From an uncultured Gemmatimonadales bacterium (GTDB taxonomy: Bacteria; Gemmatimonadota; Gemmatimonadetes; Gemmatimonadales; GWC2-71-9), in the NCBI GenBank assembly GCA_963697755.1, contig CAVOPE010000001.1, forward strand, positions 148,912 through 212,911: DNA of 64,000 nt, written 5' to 3'. The translations under genes were made by a program, and so were the position numbers. Positions 59,676 to 64,000 of this stretch are shown one piece after another. Every line of letters starts with the position of its first letter. Position 1 is the stretch's first letter. Below the pieces are notes generated by a model. The model was not told the DNA's origin. It ran no database searches and saw only the letters and a list, made by a program, of their open reading frames with translations.

Positions 59676-60755
59676 ATGAAAAAGGGGATCTCGCAGGGAG
59701 CGTTGAGTCTAGCCCTCCTCCTGGGGGGCGTCAACGCGGCCTGCGGGCCGGCGCCGTCCTCGATGCCGTCGCCCGCCGCCGAGCCGGTGCCGGGAGCCCC
59801 GGCGCAGGTGTGGCGGGCCAAGGCCGGACGGCGCTTCACCGGCCGGATGGTCATCGCCGGTGAGACGATTTACGGCGGCACGGTGGACCGCAAGGTGTAC
59901 GCGGTCAACCTGGGTAGCGGCCACACCCAGTGGTCCTCGCGACTGGGGGGCCTCATCGTGGGCGGCGTGGTGGTCTCGGGCGATACGGTCTACGCGGCGA
60001 GCTCCCGGCCCGAGGGCAAGGTCTATGCGCTGGATGCCCGCACCGGCCACCGGCTCTGGCGCACGGCGACGGGGGCGGTCGGGGCGCCGCTCGCGCTGAT
60101 CGACAGCATGCTCGTCGCCGAGACGCAGCGGGGGGAGGTGATCGGCATGACGCCGGGGACGGGCGTCATCCGGTGGCGCCGCAGGGTCGGCGTGGCCAGG
60201 ATCGCCGCCGTGCCGGCCGACAGCGGCACGCTGATCGTCGCCACCGTCGATTCCATCTTTCGGATGCGGTCGGGCGACGGCAAGGTGATGGTCCGGGCGT
60301 CCTCGCCGGGCACGATCTTGTCGGCCTGGGTCGAGCATCGAGGCGCGCTGGTGGGCGGCACCGGGGATTCACTGGTCGTCGCCATCGACAAGCGGACGCT
60401 TCAGCCCCGCTGGCGCGTATCCCTCGACGCGCCGGTGCTCACGTCGCCCGCCCGCATCGGCGACACGCTATATGCCGCCAGCCGCCGCGGGACGGTCTAC
60501 CGCATCGTGGCCGATTCGGCGCCCATGGCGGCGGCGGTGGCCAAGCTGGACTGGCCCGTGACGGCACCGGTGGCGATCATGGACGGACTGGTGTTGCTGG
60601 GAGGCGCCGATGGAATCCTTCGCGCGCTCCGGCCCGACGGGAGCGAGGCCTGGCGTCTCCAGCTGCGCTGGCCGATCGAGCTCATGCCGCTGGCCCTCGA
60701 GGACGGACTTCTCGCCGTCGGCGGCGACGGCGATCTCCATCGGTACCGTCGATGA
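59676..60755 (+). CDS. PQQ-like beta-propeller lipoprotein (BamB-like)
   Basis: MKKGISQGALSLALLLGGVNAAC lipobox. Repeated motifs of the type VYAVNLGSGHTQW, VYALDARTGHRLW and VVAIDKRTLQPRW are typical of PQQ/BamB propellers. The upstream part of the 805-aa track ORF is antisense to asnS. Confidence 0.75.
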   Translation: MKKGISQGALSLALLLGGVNAACGPAPSSMPSPAAEPVPGAPAQVWRAKAGRRFTGRMVIAGETIYGGTVDRKVYAVNLGSGHTQWSSRLGGLIVGGVVVSGDTVYAASSRPEGKVYALDARTGHRLWRTATGAVGAPLALIDSMLVAETQRGEVIGMTPGTGVIRWRRRVGVARIAAVPADSGTLIVATVDSIFRMRSGDGKVMVRASSPGTILSAWVEHRGALVGGTGDSLVVAIDKRTLQPRWRVSLDAPVLTSPARIGDTLYAASRRGTVYRIVADSAPMAAAVAKLDWPVTAPVAIMDGLVLLGGADGILRALRPDGSEAWRLQLRWPIELMPLALEDGLLAVGGDGDLHRYRR

Positions 60756-61228
60756 GACCCGTCCGCGCCATCGCCCTGCTGTTGGCCCTCGCCCTGTCAC
60801 TGGGAGCGGGGCCCGCCCATGCCCAGGATACCTCGTCGGGCACTGGCCCGTGGATCAAGTACGGGAAGTGGGTGCTGGCCGCTGGGGCTATCGGCATGAA
60901 CTTCCTGGCGGCCCGCTCGCACGAGCATGCGGACGACAACTTCGACGCGCTGGAATCGCGCTGCTTCGACGACCCGAGCCTGTGCAGCGTCAACAGCTCC
61001 GGGACGTACGTCAACGCCGAGAGCGAGCAACTGTACCAGGAGTCGCTCCGCTACGACCGTCAGGCCCGCCGCTGGCTGTTCGGCGGCGAGACCGCACTCC
61101 TGGCTTCGGCCGCGATGTTTGTCTGGGAGCTCACGCGGAATGCCCCGAAGCCCGACAACATCCCCTTCGAGCCGGAAGTGCGGAGCCTGCACCGGGCCAC
61201 CGGCGTGGGAGTGCGGGTCGGCTTCTGA
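60752..61228 (+). CDS. Hypothetical secreted/membrane protein (158 aa)
   Basis: MRPVRAIALLLALALSLGAGPAHAQ signal peptide and two further hydrophobic segments. The C-terminus is GVGVRVGF. ATGA overlap with the BamB-like stop. Confidence 0.55.
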   Translation: MRPVRAIALLLALALSLGAGPAHAQDTSSGTGPWIKYGKWVLAAGAIGMNFLAARSHEHADDNFDALESRCFDDPSLCSVNSSGTYVNAESEQLYQESLRYDRQARRWLFGGETALLASAAMFVWELTRNAPKPDNIPFEPEVRSLHRATGVGVRVGF

Positions 61229-61247
61229 GGGCGGCGGAATTCCCAGC

Positions 61248-63353
61248 TCATCCGACCCGGAACAGCTCCACCGCCCTCGGGTATCGAGCGACCGCGCGCT
61301 CCCGGAGGCGCTGATTCTCCACTCGCTGGAGGGCGGGATCCGCGCCGATGAGGTCGATCGCGAGCTGCCGCGCCCGGCTCAGCAGGTCAGCGTCCGTCGG
61401 CAACCGGGCATGCCTCAGCTCGTAGCCTCCGCTCTGCCTCGCGCCGATCAGGTCGCCCATTCCGCGCTCCTCCAGATCCAGCTCGGCGATCCTGAATCCG
61501 TCCTGCGTGGCCGCGAACGCGTGGAGCCGGTCCGGCGGCTCGCCATCCGCCATGAGGATGCAGAAGCTCTCCTCGTGGCCTCGCCCGATGCGCCCCCGCA
61601 GCTGGTGCAGCTGCGCGAGCCCGAACCGCTCAGGATGCTCGATCACCATGATCGTCGCGTCGGGCACGTCGATCCCCACCTCGATCACGGTCGTCGCCAC
61701 CAGAACCCGGACCTCGCCACCGCGGAACCGCCGCATGACGTCATCCCGGTCCTCGGCCTTGAGCCGACCGTGCACCAGCCCGACCTCGAGCTCGGGCCAG
61801 CGGGCGGCCAGGCCCTGGGCCATCGTGGTGGCCGCTCGCAAATCGGCCCGCTCCGATTCCTCGATGACCGGCAGCACGATGTAGCTCTGGCGCCCGTGCC
61901 CGGCCTCGGTGCGGACGAACTCGAGCACGCGCTCCCGCTGAGCCGCGGTACGGACGGCCGTCCGGATGGTACCACGGCCGGGGGGACGTTGCCGAAGAGT
62001 GGAGACGTCGAGGTCGCCATAGAGTGTGAGCGCCAGCGATCGCGGAATCGGCGTCGCGGTGAGCAGCAGCACATCGGGCGCCGCCCCCTTCCCGATCAAG
62101 GCCGCTCGCTGCTCGACCCCGAATCGGTGTTGCTCGTCGATGACCACCAGGCCCAACCGGTGGAACGACACGCTCTCCTGCATGAGCGCGTGGGTCCCGA
62201 CGACGAGCCGCGCCTGCCCGCTTGCCAGCCGGCCACGCACCGCCTGCTTCTCGAGCGGAGTTTGCCGACCCAGCAGCAGCTCGGGTTTGAGCTCGAGCGG
62301 CGCGAGCAGCTGCTCGAGCGTCGCGGCGTGCTGCTCGGAGAGGAGCTCCGTGGGCGACATCAGTGCCGCCTGAAAATCGTTCTCCAGCGCCAGCAGCATG
62401 GCGAACAGCGCCACGACGGTCTTGCCGGTGCCTACGTCCCCCATCAGGAGGCGGTGCATCCGCTCGGGCGCCGTCATGTCGCCGGTGATCTCGCGGAGGG
62501 CGCGGTGCTGATCCTCGGTGAGCTCCCACGGGAGGGATTGGCGGAGCCGCGTGGTAAGGTCCCGGCGGATCTCGAAGGCGACGCCGCTTCGGCTCCGCTT
62601 CGCCACGGTCCGGGCTCGAATGAGCATCAGCTGGAGGTCGAGCAGCTCATCGAACGCCAGCCGCCGCCGGCCCAGCTCGGCTTCGGCAGCCGTACTGGGC
62701 CGGTGAACCGCCCGGAGCGCGTCGGCCAGCGGCGGGAGCTCGATCGAGCGCCGGAGGCGCTCCGGGAGGACGTCCTCGGACAGCTCGATGAGCGCGTCGA
62801 GATGACGGTCCACCAGGCCGCGGATCACCTTATGGCTCAGACCCTCGGTGGCCGGGTACACGGGCAGCACCTTGCCGGCCGCGAGCGGCTCGGCCTCAGC
62901 GTCGGCGTCCGCGAGGATCACGAACTCGCGCGGCGCCATCTGGCGGCCGTGGTAGAATCGCACCGGGCCCGAGACCAGCAGCGTCTGACCCACCGCGATG
63001 GTGCGGTCGAGAAAGGCCTGCCCCGGCCAGACGCACTCGAGCACGCCGCTCTCGTCGCGGAGCACGGCGTGAAAGATCCGAAGCCCGCGGCGGGTCGGCA
63101 GCACGCCCTTGGCCACGACCCGGCCGATGCACGCCACTTCCTGGCCGACCTCGGCGCGCACCAACGGCGTGACGGTGGAGGCGTCGATGTACCGGTGGGG
63201 AAGGTGCCAGAGGAGGTCGCGCGCGGTCCGGATGCCCAGACGCTCGAGCTGCTCCGCGCGGCGCTCGCCGATGCCCTTCAGGAACTTGACGTTGGTATCG
63301 AGGCGGAGGGCCCCGGTGGTCCGCCGGGTCGGCGGCATCGGCAGGGGTGTCAC
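61248..63353 (-). CDS. recG: ATP-dependent DNA helicase RecG
   Basis: Wedge/OB N-domain and SF2 helicase motifs GDVGTGKT, DEQHRFG, TATPIPRS and QLHQLRGRIGRG. The start is GTG at 63353 or ATG at 63338. Confidence 0.95.
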   Translation of the reverse strand: MTPLPMPPTRRTTGALRLDTNVKFLKGIGERRAEQLERLGIRTARDLLWHLPHRYIDASTVTPLVRAEVGQEVACIGRVVAKGVLPTRRGLRIFHAVLRDESGVLECVWPGQAFLDRTIAVGQTLLVSGPVRFYHGRQMAPREFVILADADAEAEPLAAGKVLPVYPATEGLSHKVIRGLVDRHLDALIELSEDVLPERLRRSIELPPLADALRAVHRPSTAAEAELGRRRLAFDELLDLQLMLIRARTVAKRSRSGVAFEIRRDLTTRLRQSLPWELTEDQHRALREITGDMTAPERMHRLLMGDVGTGKTVVALFAMLLALENDFQAALMSPTELLSEQHAATLEQLLAPLELKPELLLGRQTPLEKQAVRGRLASGQARLVVGTHALMQESVSFHRLGLVVIDEQHRFGVEQRAALIGKGAAPDVLLLTATPIPRSLALTLYGDLDVSTLRQRPPGRGTIRTAVRTAAQRERVLEFVRTEAGHGRQSYIVLPVIEESERADLRAATTMAQGLAARWPELEVGLVHGRLKAEDRDDVMRRFRGGEVRVLVATTVIEVGIDVPDATIMVIEHPERFGLAQLHQLRGRIGRGHEESFCILMADGEPPDRLHAFAATQDGFRIAELDLEERGMGDLIGARQSGGYELRHARLPTDADLLSRARQLAIDLIGADPALQRVENQRLRERAVARYPRAVELFRVG

Positions 63354-63357
63354 CAGG

Positions 63358-63434
63358 GAGACACCGAAGGCACAGAGCGGGACACGGCATACACGGCGTC
63401 TCTCCCGCTCCTTTCTCTGTGCCCTTGGTGTCTC
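63358..63434. repeat. Second, imperfect copy of the CACAGAG-type palindromic intergenic element
   Basis: gagacaccgaaggcacagag (63358-63377) pairs with the reverse complement of ctctgtgcccttggtgtctc (63415-63434) at 18/20 matches. It shares the GGCACAGAG / GACAC / CTCTGTG..GGTGGTG motifs with the element at 28395-28463. It lies between the ftsY stop and the recG start. Confidence 0.6.
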
Positions 63435-63446
63435 GGTGGTGGGGAC

Positions 63447-64000
63447 CTAGGACGCGGTGCCGGGACTGTCCGACAGGAGGTGAGCCGCGAAGCGCTGGGG
63501 GTCGAAGGGTTGAAGATCGTCCAGGCCTTCGCCCACGCCCAGGAACCGGATCGGGAGGTCGAGCTCGCGGCGGAGCGCGGCCACGGCCCCGCCGCGCGCG
63601 CTGCCGTCCAGCTTGGTGACGACGATTCCCGTCGGGCTGACTGCCTGGGCGAACAGCTTCCCCTGCTGCACCGCGTTCTGGCCCACCGTCCCGTCGAGCA
63701 CGAGCAGGGTCTCATGGGGCGCGCCGGGCAGCCGCCGGCCCGCGACCCGGACGACCTTCCGCAGCTCGTCCATCAGCCCTTCCTGCGTGTGCAGCCGGCC
63801 GGCGGTGTCGACGATGATGGTGTCGAGTCCACGTGAGGCGGCCGCGTCGATGGCGTTGAACGCGACCGAGGCCGGATCGCCGCCCGGCTCGCCCGCGACG
63901 CACGGCATGCCCAGCCGGTCGGCCCAGATCTGCAGCTGCGCGATCGCGCCCGCGCGATAGGTGTCGGCCGCGGCCAGCAGCACCTTGCGGCCTTCCCGCT
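63447..64000 (-). CDS. ftsY: Signal recognition particle receptor FtsY, C-terminal part (gene continues past the right edge)
   Basis: SRP-GTPase NG-domain motifs LLAAADTYRAGAIAQLQ, IVDTAGRLH, VTKLDGSARGG and FLGVGEGLDDL. The ORF is open to the window end. Confidence 0.92.
   Translation of the reverse strand, partial: REGRKVLLAAADTYRAGAIAQLQIWADRLGMPCVAGEPGGDPASVAFNAIDAAASRGLDTIIVDTAGRLHTQEGLMDELRKVVRVAGRRLPGAPHETLLVLDGTVGQNAVQQGKLFAQAVSPTGIVVTKLDGSARGGAVAALRRELDLPIRFLGVGEGLDDLQPFDPQRFAAHLLSDSPGTAS

Overview
This is a high-GC (roughly 68-70% by eye) bacterial chromosomal segment, and almost all of it is core metabolism and housekeeping. I support about 60 genes, one tRNA, one riboswitch and a small family of intergenic palindromes. 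I see no transposase, integrase, phage, CRISPR or recognisable defence genes. From 7171 to 57529 every gene lies on the minus strand, about 50 kb in all. Many neighbours are joined by 4-nt GTGA/ATGA or 1-nt start/stop overlaps. The gene content (type III glutamine synthetase, a TonB receptor with a carboxypeptidase-regulatory-like N-domain, a T9SS-type C-terminal-domain mini-protein, HprK plus a mannose-family PTS, lipobox proteins) suggests a diderm of the FCB/Gemmatimonadota-like high-GC lineages. That assignment is inference only. In coordinate order the window contains: (1) an omega-amino-acid/diamine-type catabolic cluster of permease, two-subunit CoA-transferase, two class-III aminotransferases and a P5C-dehydrogenase-like ALDH; (2) glnN (GSIII), cysK, an ADP-ribosylglycohydrolase and tRNA-Ser(CGA); (3) a FUSC-family membrane protein, tadA and clpB; (4) selB and recO; (5) a cobalamin-riboswitch-led operon of BtuF-like, BtuC-like and BtuD-like genes, a TonB receptor and a beta-propeller lipoprotein; (6) a bifunctional nuclease, ahcY and metK; (7) a complete block of hpf, hprK, mannose-family EIIA/B/C/D, HPr and EI; (8) the ribD-ribE-ribBA-ribH-nusB operon; (9) purM, a PfkB kinase, argS, methylmalonyl-CoA-mutase catalytic subunit and fbp; (10) comEC, comFB, miaB, an uncharacterised lipoprotein plus beta-barrel pair, cdd, deoB and alr; (11) mazG, asnS, a BamB-like lipoprotein, recG and partial ftsY. 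The most noteworthy items follow. The B12-riboswitch operon ends in a translationally coupled beta-propeller lipoprotein that may be a B12-capture partner. A CACAGAG-type palindromic intergenic element family is present, including one copy with perfect 26-bp arms. Two conserved genes (a class-III aminotransferase and purM) each carry a +1 frameshift. selB is an orphan coupled to recO. I did not find a clear-cut novel multi-gene system. Most of the window is ordinary core genome, and the findings are of moderate interest only.
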